Shown: positions 1-11,386 of the stretch, in pieces
How the letters are laid out: each line of letters starts with the position of its first letter
How positions within the stretch are numbered: position 1 is the first letter of the stretch
Assembly: GCA_001600695.1 (NCBI GenBank)
Contig: BCKQ01000014.1
Location: 46,611 to 110,610, forward strand
Reading direction: 5' to 3'
DNA: 64,000 nt
Origin: Ascoidea asiatica JCM 7603
Taxonomy: Eukaryota > Fungi > Ascomycota
Made by a program: the position numbers and the translations under genes
The notes under the pieces: model-generated
What the model saw: the letters and a program-made list of their open reading frames with translations, nothing else
Told to the model about the DNA's origin: nothing
The model's database searches: none

Positions 1-3000
1 GATCGACTTCACACAAATCCTTAATTGATTTGATGGTTTTGATCTGAGTTTCAGTTTTATTAAGTTCATCAATTTCCATTAATGTCTCATTTGCTTTTTC
101 ATCAACCAAATCAGTCCTTCTTGATAGTAAATCAGGAAGCACATTTTGTTTTCCATGCTTATATTGAATATCACAATCATAATGTTCAATGATTTCAATG
201 AATTTCCTAACTCTTTTTCCAGGATCTGATTTAGTTCTAATATATTGAAGAGATTCATGATCGGTTCTAACAATAATTTTGCATCCTTCAATATATTTTT
301 GAAAATGAATCAATGAATGAACAGCAGCTTAAAGTTCTCTCTCTTGAGCAGAATACTTTTGTTGTGTTTTTGGAAATTTTCTTGATTCAAAAGCAACAGG
401 ATATAATTGGATCTTTCCAGTGTTCTCATTTTTATAGGGTTGGAGTAATACACAACTTAAAGCAAAGTCAGAAGCATCAGTTTCTAAAATTGGAACTCTC
501 TCAGGATCAAATGCTTTTAAAACAGGAGCAGTAGTTAATGTTTTTTTCATTGATGTAAAGCATTCGATTTGTGAAGGTTTTAATTCAATTTTTCTTCCTG
601 GTTTAAGAGAGCCAGCCAATAAATCTGTAAGTGGGATCATTTGTTGAGAAAAATTTGAGATAAAGTTTCGGTAATATGAGCATAAGTTAATGAAACCTCT
701 TATATCAGTAATTGATTTTGGTAATGGCCATTTTAAGATTTTCTCGATCTTTCTAGGATCAGTTTTGATTCCTTCTGAGGAAACAATATGTCCTAAAAAT
801 TTGACTTCTTTGCAAAAGAATTTTGACTTCTTCACATTTAATTGAAGTTTTTCTTTTCGAAGTTGAGTAAGGACCTCATTCACTTGATCAATATGATCTG
901 CATTAGTATGGCTGTAGATAATTATATCATCATCATAAACCATAACATAAGGTAGGTGGCCTAGAATTTTCATCATAAATTATTGAAAGGTATAAGTACC
1001 ATTGACTAAGCCAAAAGGCATGACATTGAATTGATAATGACCTGAACTGGAAGAAAAAGCAGTTTTAGCTTTACTATCATTATCTAAAGCAATTTGGTAA
1101 AAGCCATTTTTCATATCCAAACAAGTGAAGCATTTACCACCATTGAGTTTATTTAGGCAAATATCAATAGATGGCAAAGGAAAATAATGCCTAAAACTAA
1201 TAGCATTTAATTTCCTATAATCAACGCAAACTCTATAAGTTCTATCATCTTTTGGAACAAGAACTAATGGAAAGTTCCAACCAATTTTAGTTTCAGAAAT
1301 TAATCCAGCTTCTAGATTTGAGTTAACAAATTCATCAATGAATTTTTGTTGAAGAGGACTATAGTTGCAACTTCCAATATAAATTGGTGTTTCAGAAGTT
1401 GTTTCAATAGTGTGTTTAAACAGTCTTTCTGGAGGTAATCTTGGAGTTGAATCATTCAAGTAAGAGTATTTCTTAAGATCAAACACGTGTTCCTCATTTG
1501 ACTGTGATGTTGAGACATAAAATTTTTCTAATTCATCAACATTTTCTGGACTCAAAATACACTTTTTATCTTGGTTAAAAAGCATAATTGAAAATCTAAC
1601 ACTACCTTTTGGACAAAATTTATGGTCGTAGAGAACTCTACTTCCAATAGTAATATCGAAAGCTTTTGTTGAACTTTCTGGCAAAACAGCACATTTAATC
1701 TCAATTAAACCAAAGTTTTCAATGAATAGTGGTAAAATGACATCATTCTTGACTATCATTGTCCCTGTAAGGCCATGGATTGTTGTAGGCTTACGCTGTA
1801 GCATTTTGATTTCCAAGCCTTTTAAGGATGATTCAAAAACATAGTTGGATTCAGCACCAGTATCGAAAAGAATTTTCATCTTTTTATCATTAACAGAAGA
1901 ATTGAAATATCTATTAGGAAACTTTTTGTTGTTGGTGTTAATTAATCTAAAATGTTCATCGTCAGAAAATGATTCTGAGGTCAGTTCCAGCTCTGACTTT
2001 TCAGATTGGTCTTCCTCCACTCCTTCTTCAGAAATTCTGTAACTAGACTTCTTGTCATATTTGTTTTTGTATCTAGAATTGGAATCACCTTTTGATTTAC
2101 TTTTTGCAGCTCCGGTTTCAGCAATTTTTTTGTATTTTCTATACCAGAAACAAGTATTTCTGAAATGTCCTGGGAGATGACAGAAATCACAAGTTTTGGT
2201 TGTGGAACGAATTGCATTGAAGTTTTCCTTTGAGTTTGAATCAATAATTGATTCAAGATTATTGAACTTATAAATATCATTGTCAATAATAACTTCATTT
2301 GAAACAGCTGTAAAAACATCTGTTGAAGTGAACAAGTTAAGTAATTTGTTGAACAATTCAATAGTTGTTTTGGATGGGAATTTTGTTTCCCATTGAATTT
2401 GATGAGGAAATTCATTTTTAATTCAAGAAATAATTGTTGATCTCATGAAAGTACTAGAAACAGCATTTAAAGGAAGACTTTCATAAAAATGTCTAAATCT
2501 TGTAATATAATCAACAAATTTTTCATTTTCAGAGGGTTTAATTTCTTTGAATTGTTGAATTAAAGCTCTATAATTTCGATCTGTGTCTATATCTCCGAGA
2601 ATGAAAGCACTGGAAGCAGGCTATGAAGGGTTTTTTAAACCATTTCTTGCAATGGTTCTAATGAAATTAATCCATTCTAAATTCATAGATTCTGGAATAT
2701 AGTTATAAAGATTTATACCCCATAAATCATATCTTAACCTATTCATTTTGAAGTAAGTCTCAATAGATTGTAATTTTAGAATTAATTTTCTACCTTGTCT
2801 ACCTTCAATAATTAAATTTTGTTTTAATTTTGGTGGATTTGAAGTACCATCCATACCAATACCAGTAGTATCTCTGTTTATTGCCATACCTGGCCAAAGT
2901 AAAACACTTTCAACCTTCGGATTCTCCCAAGCAGCAGACTCGATCTTTATTTCATCAGATTTAATTTGATTGAGATCATATCTCCAGTTATTTACCTCAT

Positions 3001-3553
3001 TCAGTTCAGTGAATATGTTCTGGTTATTTTGTTTGGGTGCTTGCAAACCTTGTGCAACCTTTTGAACTTTTGGAGCAGCAGCTGGTATAGTTGGTGATTG
3101 AAGAATTTCTTCTTTGATTTTGTCTTCTGCTTCAAAAAATCTAGTGTTATCAACATCATCAGTAGTAATCACAGTTGCATGAGCAGCAACATTTTTATTA
3201 GCTGTAGCACTAGTTGTGTCTGAAGCAGAAGCATCTTCTTCTTTAATTTCAGCAACAGAATCATTAATTGTAGAAGTTTTGGATAAAGAAGATCCAGTGG
3301 ATTTAGGCATATCTTCAATAAAATCTATGTTTGATGTTTGATTTGTAATAGTAGATCTGAAATCATCAAAATGCTTACTCTATTTTAGAGTATTGAAATC
3401 TTGATTTTTAAATCTTTCACTAACATCGGATCTTAGTTTTTTGATTGATTCATTAACTGATGGAGTTTGTTTATACATTTTATTAAATGTAATTTCATTT
3501 AAGGCAATGTGGTCATTAAATATTTTGGATAAAGATTTAATAGATTCAGTCAT
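1..3553 (-). pseudogene. gag-pol polyprotein pseudogene (single frame)
   Basis: ATG at 3553 is in frame with ORFs 2621..3310, 980..2356 and 329..976. Manual translation across the gaps shows only in-frame stops at 3380-3382 (TAG), 2621-2623 (TAG), 2423-2425 (TGA), 980-982 (TAA) and 329-331 (TAA); the frame stays open to position 1. Confidence 0.9.
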
Positions 3554-3799
3554 GATTATTTTTTTTCAGTTACAATAGTGTTGACTATTTTTAGTTATGT
3601 GAACCAAAAAATTATTTAGTTTTGGAATTTTTGTTTTTTTTTTTTTTTTTTTAAGTTGAATTTAATAAATTATTATAATTAAAAAAAAACGAATAGAAAG
3701 TGATAGTAGTTGAAGTATTAGTAGTATAAATAATTTGAAATAGAAAGTAATATTAAAGAAAATATATTAGTAGATTCTTTTCTTGTCTTAACGCTGCCA

Positions 3800-4681
3800 T
3801 ACAAACTGAAATTTGTTTAAATTTTTACCTTTCAATGAGTAGAAGACTAGGATTGCAAACCATGAGATAACCGAGTTTGGATTAAATCACTTTAATTCAC
3901 TAATTAACACTAAGAATCCTAAAGCTAAAGAAAGTGTTCTATAAGGGCGACAAGTGTCCTAAAAAATATAGGAGGGAAATAGATGTCAGAGGATTAATCA
4001 CTTTTCAAGATCCCTTGCTTGTTAGTATAATAATAGGAAACTTACTGTCGTACTCAGCTTTACCTTGGAAAAATGTAAACAATAAAAAAATACAATAATA
4101 ATTATTTTTAATAAGGAATTGATATTCCAAATTTATTAATATATTTGATTGTAGTTAGACAAAATATCTAATTGTTCCTAAGAAGATATCTAATTCAAAT
4201 TATAAACAATTGTTAATTAAAATATAAAATATATAAAAATTATATAAAAAATATGGGAGGTAAGTGCCCTGTTTATATTAGTGGAAAATAGGAGCGGGTA
4301 ACCCATCTTAACAATAAATTTGTAAATTTAGTATGTGAAAGTTCACTTCCCATACTTAAGAAAAGAAATAAAATAAAGTATTGTTCTAGAAGACACTACG
4401 TCATTCTAAGAACAAACACGAAGATTCCAGTACATTCGAGATGCACACAGAACTTCGAAGAAAGAATAAATAATGCAGACCCAGAACGTTCTAGTACATT
4501 TAACATGCACACGGAAGTTCTGAGAACGCAATAGAATGTAGTCGTAGAACAATCTATGCAGTCTTAGAAAGTCTAAGAATAGCCTAGAATATTCGAAGAC
4601 AATTCCAATAAAAGAATAAAATGATTAACAATCACTACGGTATTGTCTCTGGGACGGAACAGCGGGATGGGGATAATCACA
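3800..4681 (-). repeat. probable 5' LTR (boundaries uncertain)
   Basis: Non-coding region upstream of gag. The minus strand starts TGTGATT at 4681, has a TATA-like TAATATAAAC near 4280 and degenerate internal repeats at 4380-4600. TGGCAGCG (near 3792-3799, minus) is one mismatch from the Ty3 tRNAi-Met PBS TGGTAGCG. The second LTR is outside the window. Confidence 0.45.
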
Positions 4682-5254
4682 ATCCTTCCGTGTTTCGGGA
4701 AGTAAAAAGCCGTAAATACGTGGCGGTTCTAAAATTAGTATCCGGTCCGTAAAAGGAATGGAATTATTGGATAATATTATGTTCCGTGCAACACGGTCCA
4801 AAAGGTAAACCCAACAACGTGCTATTCACGTGAATATTGCCTGATATACATGAGACCTAATAGATGGGGTTTCTCTGCTTTCCAATGCACATAACTGTTT
4901 TATGGTGCTTCCCATTTCAGTCCAGCCGTGTGGGTGTGCCTTCAATATTTTTTGTGTTATTTCTGGAGCGAGACTCCCCGAGTGTGTTTTTCTCTGGCGA
5001 CTCTGCGAACGCGTGCGGCGGCCTGGCACTGCTCCACTGCTGGAATATTCCACTGAGATATTCGAGTGAAATATTCCACTGAAGGAGATCTCGAGCAAGC
5101 AACGAGTAACACAGGGAGTGAGTTGGTTACGATGGTAAATAATATCTGAGATAAATCTGCTCATCGCCAAGTACTACTTACAGCAGTGGTAGCAGTATTA
5201 GAGCTTGTTTATTGACTACTCGACTAAATCTCCTTAATATTGATGATAATAGTC

Positions 5255-5370
5255 TCAATTGGAATAAATGATTGGAATAAATGATTGAAATAATTGAAAC
5301 TGTTGAAATGATTGAAATAATTGAAATCATTCGAATGATTTGATTGTTTGAAAATGATTTGAATGATTCT
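5255..5370. repeat. degenerate minisatellite (TGAAATGAT/TGGAATAAATGAT units)
   Basis: ggaataaatgattggaataaatgattgaaataattgaaactgttgaaatgattgaaataattg... Confidence 0.6.
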
Positions 5371-5685
5371 AATCGCTAATAATACTGGCTCTCAGATATA
5401 TTTCTGAATATTCAATAGCTTCAATCTCGAATAATTTTCAATTCTTATTCAATTATCAATTATCAATCATTAAATAATTTTACAACTCGGTTCAATTTGT
5501 TGCTCCATTCTTTTAAAATTCTTAAAATATTAATACCCTTTTTTTTTTTTGATTATGTTTGTTACTCTCTTAACAATGTTTTAAATTAATTCTGTTATTT
5601 ATTTTTTAACTTGCTGTTTTCTAATCCCATTATTTCCCGAATTTATCTTTCTTTGTTGTTTTGTCTTTTTTCGTTTTTTTTTTTT

Positions 5686-5697
5686 TGAAATCTGGGG
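5686..5697 (+). promoter_or_regulatory. Mig1/CreA-type glucose-repression site upstream of xylitol dehydrogenase
   Basis: AT-rich flank followed by CTGGGG (SYGGGG) about 330 bp before the ATG. Confidence 0.4.
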
Positions 5698-5857
5698 AAA
5701 TTATCAATTTCTCTTTATATTAATTCTTCATTTTATTTTATTTACTATCAGTTCTTTTTTTAATATAAATTCAATTAAATCTCCTCTTTTTTCTATTTCC
5801 TTTTCATTTATTTTCTTATTTATTATTCTTTATTACTTATTATTTATCTCATCCATA

Positions 5858-5899
<42 letters not shown>
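5858..5899. repeat. (TAT)n microsatellite
   Basis: Direct reading. Confidence 0.85.
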
Positions 5900-6024
5900 C
5901 CATATACTGTAATACTGTACTAATACATAATTGATTATACTGTATACTAAAATTTATTATATAATTACTTCTTTTATATATTTAATAATTATATTAAACA
6001 AAATCAAATTATATTAAAACTAAA

Positions 6025-7113
6025 ATGTCTTCAACTCTAAAAAATTCAAATCTTTCAGTTGTTTTGAAAAAAATTGGTGAAATTAAAATTGAAGAAACTC
6101 CAATTCATAATTTAATTGACCCTCATTATATTAAAGTTCAAATTAAAAAAACTGGAATTTGTGGTAGTGATGTTCATTATTATACTCATGGTTCAATTGG
6201 TTCTTTTATTTTAAAAAAACCAATGATTTTAGGTCATGAATCAAGTGGTATTGTTGTTGAAATTGGTTCTGAAGTTCCAAAAGATAAATTTATTATTGGT
6301 GATAGAGTTGCAATTGAACCTGGAATTCCTGGTAGATTTACTGAAGAAACTAAATCTGGTAATTATAATTTATGTCCAGAAATGGCTTTTGCTGCAACTC
6401 CTCCAATTGATGGTACTTTATGTCGTTATTATAATGTTCCATATGATTTCTTAGTTAAATTACCTGATAATGTTTCTTTTGAAGAAGGTGCTTTATTAGA
6501 ACCTTTATCTGTTGGTGTTCATTCAAATAAATTAGGTAATGTTAAATTTAATTCAAAAGTTATTGTATTTGGTGCTGGTCCTGTTGGTTTATTAGTTTCA
6601 GCTGTTGCAAAAGCTTTTGGTGCAACTTCTGTTTTAGTTATAGATTTATTTCAATCAAAATTAAATATGGCAAAAGAATTAGGTGCAACTCATATTCATT
6701 GTTCAATTGATGATAAATCAAAATCTGAAAATGATTTAATTGATTTTTATAAAAAAACTTATTTTGAAGCTGATACTGTTATTGATTGCACTGGTGTTGA
6801 ACCTTGTATTAGATTAGGTGTTTCTTTATTAAAAAAAGGTGGAATTTTTGTTCAAGTTGGTATGGGTAAAGATGATGTTAATTTCCCAATTGCAAAATTA
6901 TGTGAAAAAGAAGCTGTATTAAAAGGTTCTTTTAGATATTGTCATGGTGATTATTATGATGCTGCTTATTTAATTGCAACTGGTAAAATTAATGCTAAAT
7001 TATTAGTCACTCATAGATTTACTTTTAAAGATGCTATTAAAGCTTTTGACTTTGTTAGAGATGGTGGTGATGCTGTTAAATGTATGATTGATGGTCCAAC
7101 TGATGAAGATTAA
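6025..7113 (+). CDS. XYL2: NAD-dependent xylitol/sorbitol dehydrogenase (MDR family)
   Basis: GICGSDVHYY, LGHESSG, GDRVAIEPG, GAGPVG, GSFRY. The structural-Zn loop (EPGIPGRFTEETKSGNYNLC) lacks three Cys, as in yeast XDHs. Confidence 0.93.
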   Translation: MSSTLKNSNLSVVLKKIGEIKIEETPIHNLIDPHYIKVQIKKTGICGSDVHYYTHGSIGSFILKKPMILGHESSGIVVEIGSEVPKDKFIIGDRVAIEPGIPGRFTEETKSGNYNLCPEMAFAATPPIDGTLCRYYNVPYDFLVKLPDNVSFEEGALLEPLSVGVHSNKLGNVKFNSKVIVFGAGPVGLLVSAVAKAFGATSVLVIDLFQSKLNMAKELGATHIHCSIDDKSKSENDLIDFYKKTYFEADTVIDCTGVEPCIRLGVSLLKKGGIFVQVGMGKDDVNFPIAKLCEKEAVLKGSFRYCHGDYYDAAYLIATGKINAKLLVTHRFTFKDAIKAFDFVRDGGDAVKCMIDGPTDED

Positions 7114-7565
7114 TCTCTTTTTTTTTATTATTGTTTTTTTATCTAATCTTAATTTTTCTTTAACGCTCTTATATAACTTTTTTATTTATTATTTCTAAAT
7201 AATATTGTAATGCATTTCTTTTTCTATTTTAAATTTCAATTTAGTCAAATCTAAAAATAATAACTAACAATAATTTTTTTAATTCATTGTCAATCATTGA
7301 TTAAAGTTAAAAAATATCGAATGAGTAAATTACAGCACTGTTAATTATTATTATTTTAAAACATTTTTAAGATCTAAAGAAATTAGTTAGTATTTTCAGA
7401 TTTTGAATTATCGAGTAATTTACTCTTTTTTGTAAAAGTTTATAAAGTAACTAACTATATGTGACTAACATGCGAATAAATAAAATTATTTTTTAAGATA
7501 AAAAAAAGAAAGTATAAAATATTTTAAAAATGTCTAAAACCAATAACATAAAATCATTTTCTATA

Positions 7566-10500
7566 TTACCAACCGGTTGGATTGAAATTTCTATTATAAT
7601 TAACTGGAGATTTATTTTCAAAATTTAATTTATCACCATTGATGAAATTATTTTTATTATTAAAATGATCATCCATCAGATAATATCTTTTATGACCATC
7701 ATTGTTTTCCTTTCTTTCTGGAGATAAAGAAGTCCTTTTATTATTACTGTTACTACCATTACCATTACGATTACCATTATTATTACATACATTTCCAATA
7801 CTACTTAATGGAAGTCCTTTAACAGGACTGGATTTATTACTCATTGAAAAATTATCATTCTTCAAAGCAGGTAATCCATTCATATTTTTTTTTAAATAAT
7901 CATTTGAATTGTTATTTTCTTTTTCATATTTACCTGGCATATTGTTTTCATTGAAAAAAAATTGTCTGGAAGGAGAAACTGGTGATGTCATTGTTGGAGA
8001 ATAGTTACCACCACAATTAGAAAAAATCTCATTATTTCCATTACCTCCAGTGGCAATTTTGAAAGAATACTGAAATGGAGCACCTAATATACTGTTTCTT
8101 AAAGAGTTTGAATTTCTTTTTTGATTTGGACTTTTGAAAATACCTGAAAGTGACGAGTTTACAGGGTTTACAGATGCGGATCCTTTGATAATAAGCATAT
8201 CTTTTTCTAAAATTTCTCTGTCAATAATCATAAATTCATGGTTTCTCAAAAAGGAGGTCAACAAACTAGTTGCTAATTTCAAATTTTCACTCATTGTTTC
8301 ATTATTTTCATAATAACTGAAAAATATTTTATGACAGGGAACTTCGGAAATGTCTGAAATCGATGGGTCTGATTGACCCATAGTTTGAACCTCAATACCA
8401 AATTTTATTTTCAAAGGAACAACAATTTTTTCTAAGAACTCATCATTATCTTCGGAACAAATTTCTTGAAATCTTGGAGAAAAAACAATTTTGAATTCAT
8501 AATCTGTTGGATAAAATGTTTTTAAAATTTTTGCTGCATCCTCTGAATGATTATCATTCCCTCTAATCTCAACAGTAGTAAAATTTTCTGGCTCAGCTGT
8601 TGGAAAATTAATATAGGTACTAGTTTTTCTTTCGATATCGGAAATTATTAAATTATTTGAGTTATATTTAGAAACAATTAACCTCCATTGAGATCTAGAT
8701 AATCTAATAAAAGTTGTTAAATGCATCTTTAAACACTCATTACATAAACTATCTAGCTCCTTTTGAGCTAAGGGAATTGACTTTCCATTCTTGGAAGGGC
8801 ATCTAATTATGACATTTTTATGTCTTATAAAACTGAAAACATTTTGCTCAAAGTCATAAGTGTTTGAAAATTTTATGAAGACATTAAATTTTCTCATAAT
8901 TTGTTGAATTGTCAAACCACCAGTTCCAATAACCTGTCTATGATAAGCCTCAGGTATGAAAAAATTAAATTCCGAAGGTAGTTCATCTTCCAATAGTTGA
9001 ATAGCAGTTGAAGAAGATGAAAAGTCATTAGCAACTAAATTTACAAGAAAATTATACTCGTTAAATGGAACAAACCGAATTATTGAATTAGTATTGTTCA
9101 TAATTCTAATCATTTTACCATTCTTTTTTCCAGAAATAAAATCCTTTTGATTATTTGATAACTCAATCTTATAATGAATTTGAATGTTATTAGGAATATT
9201 GAAATAATTTGAAGATTCAAATAACTTTATACATTCCTTAACGTCTGACCTTAATCCAACAATTGAGAAAGAAGAATTAAAATTACTTAATATTCTTGTC
9301 TTGGTTTTCATTGCAATTTCATTTAAAAATTTATAAATATTAAGCTTATCATGTTCAACTGATTGAAAAAGCTTACAACTAACCTCATAAATTTCTGTTA
9401 ATAATTTCATAATAGAATCAAATGTATCATCAACTAATTTAACCGAGCCAGCCTGAACTCTAATAATACAATTATTTTCATATCCCAAGGGACTTAACTG
9501 AATAAAAGAACCATATTTAAGCATAATTGAGATTAACTTTTCTTGAAAATTATTGATTAAGTAATCGTTCTTGAAATGTGAGATAATTGTATCCTTGAAA
9601 AATATTTTATCTTTGATATTTTCTAAAATATTTTCTAATAAATGCTTTGCTAGAATAACTTGAGGTTTCTTTCCTGAAACATATAATTTAGATAAGGCTG
9701 AATTTAAATGAGAAACGGAACTTAAGCTCGAGTTTAGTAAATTTGGTAATAAATGAGGTAAATATAATTTAGTTCCAGATTGGTTTGCAATATTCTTAAG
9801 ATTACTGAATTGTATTCCAGCCAAAATAGGTATCAAAGAAAGATCTATCTCGAGGGAATCAAGATATAAGCCTTGCATATCATCTAATAATAGTCTAACT
9901 TTAATCTCAGCAATATTTACATTGTTTGAGTCCCCAAGAATATAAATATGTGAATTCATGGAATCAGATGTATTATTAATTGAGCTACCATCAAACTTTA
10001 AACTAGAGTTAGAAAGAATAATTTCAACATTACAAAAGGATGAAATTTCATTTAAGGATTGAGCAAAAGCTCTATAATCTTCAGTAGTCTTAAGATTAAC
10101 AGAAGAATTTTTAATGACGATTGATTTATGAATAACAGAAGAATAAAGTTGTAGAATTTTTCTTTTATATTCAGAGATTAATTTAACATTTGAACTTTGA
10201 AGAAAAACAGAGTACGCATATTTTGAAAATACTTCATTTTCATTAATTTGAATATTTATTTGTTTGGTAATAATATTGGAATCTTCGGCAAGATAATTCA
10301 ACGAATCTTTGAATGATGATAAATTGTCGATAATCGAAAAGTTTTGAGTATGATTTGAGGCCAATTTCCAGATATTATTGGAGGTTTCAAAGATTATTGA
10401 GTTTGAATTTAAAGGCTTTATTAAGTAGTTATATTTCATAGGAATAACTGTGAAAAAATCATTTAAAGGTTTAGAAACATTTCTCGTGTAAGAAAATAGA

Positions 10501-10589
10501 TTAGAATTAAAATTACTATCTATTAAATTCTCTTGAGTAACAGCTGAATTCAAAGAATTGGAGGCTGAATATGGACTAATTGTGATCAT
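7566..10589 (-). CDS. multi-KH-domain RNA-binding protein (YLL032C/Mug60-like)
   Basis: DFISGKKNGKMIRIM and PEAYHRQVIGTGGLTIQQIMRKFNVFIKFSN KH-type loops; 1007-aa ORF. Confidence 0.8.
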   Translation of the reverse strand: MITISPYSASNSLNSAVTQENLIDSNFNSNLFSYTRNVSKPLNDFFTVIPMKYNYLIKPLNSNSIIFETSNNIWKLASNHTQNFSIIDNLSSFKDSLNYLAEDSNIITKQINIQINENEVFSKYAYSVFLQSSNVKLISEYKRKILQLYSSVIHKSIVIKNSSVNLKTTEDYRAFAQSLNEISSFCNVEIILSNSSLKFDGSSINNTSDSMNSHIYILGDSNNVNIAEIKVRLLLDDMQGLYLDSLEIDLSLIPILAGIQFSNLKNIANQSGTKLYLPHLLPNLLNSSLSSVSHLNSALSKLYVSGKKPQVILAKHLLENILENIKDKIFFKDTIISHFKNDYLINNFQEKLISIMLKYGSFIQLSPLGYENNCIIRVQAGSVKLVDDTFDSIMKLLTEIYEVSCKLFQSVEHDKLNIYKFLNEIAMKTKTRILSNFNSSFSIVGLRSDVKECIKLFESSNYFNIPNNIQIHYKIELSNNQKDFISGKKNGKMIRIMNNTNSIIRFVPFNEYNFLVNLVANDFSSSSTAIQLLEDELPSEFNFFIPEAYHRQVIGTGGLTIQQIMRKFNVFIKFSNTYDFEQNVFSFIRHKNVIIRCPSKNGKSIPLAQKELDSLCNECLKMHLTTFIRLSRSQWRLIVSKYNSNNLIISDIERKTSTYINFPTAEPENFTTVEIRGNDNHSEDAAKILKTFYPTDYEFKIVFSPRFQEICSEDNDEFLEKIVVPLKIKFGIEVQTMGQSDPSISDISEVPCHKIFFSYYENNETMSENLKLATSLLTSFLRNHEFMIIDREILEKDMLIIKGSASVNPVNSSLSGIFKSPNQKRNSNSLRNSILGAPFQYSFKIATGGNGNNEIFSNCGGNYSPTMTSPVSPSRQFFFNENNMPGKYEKENNNSNDYLKKNMNGLPALKNDNFSMSNKSSPVKGLPLSSIGNVCNNNGNRNGNGSNSNNKRTSLSPERKENNDGHKRYYLMDDHFNNKNNFINGDKLNFENKSPVNYNRNFNPTGW

Positions 10590-11386
10590 TTTGCAGAATT
10601 GTTAAATGCTTTGAGAAAGTGAAAGTAAAGAGTTTGAAATAAAGGTGATTGAATATTTATAATTGAAAATTTGAGTAAGGATATTGAAATCTTTGTATCA
10701 GGATATTAGGATATTAGGGTATAGAATTAGGTATTTTTATATGGTATATTATTAGAATATTATGAAAGATTAACAAATCTAGAAACTTGAAATATTTTAA
10801 TTTGACAAATATTTTAAAAAGGTATAAATGAAAAAAAGAAAGCAGTAATTAGGTATTAAAATATTAAAAAAAAGGAAATCAATGAAGGACAAAAATGAGC
10901 TTAAAGTTTGAATATTGTACTTGTTTTGAAAAATAAAGATAGCATGTATATTTGAAAGTGATTAAATGAATAAGAAACTTTTTTGATAAAACATATTTTG
11001 AAACTTTGAAGAATCGATGAGCTACTTATATTTAAATTCAAGTAAGCAAAATAAGAATAAAAAAAACTTGAATAGGAACTGGACATAATCCCTTTTAGCA
11101 AACTCCAGTCAAAATCCAGAGTGCTGTTATTGTTCTTTCCCAATGCGGATGTTTTTGAAGGAAAAGGTCAATATTTACCTTTTGCCAAATGCGTAATTTT
11201 TCAAGAGACCAAAAAACCGGGACTCCTCATTTCTCATAGAACTACCATTCATTCGGAAATTTTTGGAAATTTCTTTTGTGGTTAAACCAAGATAACATTT
11301 TATTCAACAACTCATGAGATAACCATATTGAGCCAAATTACTCAGTGATATTCATTGGACCAGCTATTGAAACCATCAACCTATGC

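Larger units (their letters stand above)
1..4681 (-). mobile_element. Ty3/gypsy LTR retrotransposon, 5' part (runs off left edge), inactivated
   Basis: Order gag (MHR-like IKPSENEKFVDYITRF; CCHC knuckle CDFCHLPGHFRNTC) - protease (ILFDTGA) - RT (YRVCVDYRKLN, LDMKNGFYQI, VMPFGLVNG, VYDDDIIIYS, KFLGHIV) - RNase H (ETDASDFAL, YSAQEREL, VRTDHESL, NVLPDLLSR) is the Ty3/gypsy order; integrase would lie beyond position 1. The right boundary is tentative. Confidence 0.95.

Noticed and set aside
79-2415. Short ORFs 79..291, 313..534, 1845..2042, 1981..2415
   Set aside because: Alternative-frame or antisense shadows of the gag-pol frame.
329-3382. Stop-codon reassignment or readthrough explaining in-frame stops in gag-pol
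   Set aside because: The stops are TAG, TGA and TAA mixed, and all three terminate normal genes in this window; simple decay is more parsimonious.
4826-5170. Overlapping ORFs in the GC-rich patch upstream of XDH
   Set aside because: Non-ATG or weak starts and codon usage unlike host genes. The patch looks like promoter DNA (TCACGTGA, ACGCGT, CGG triplets).
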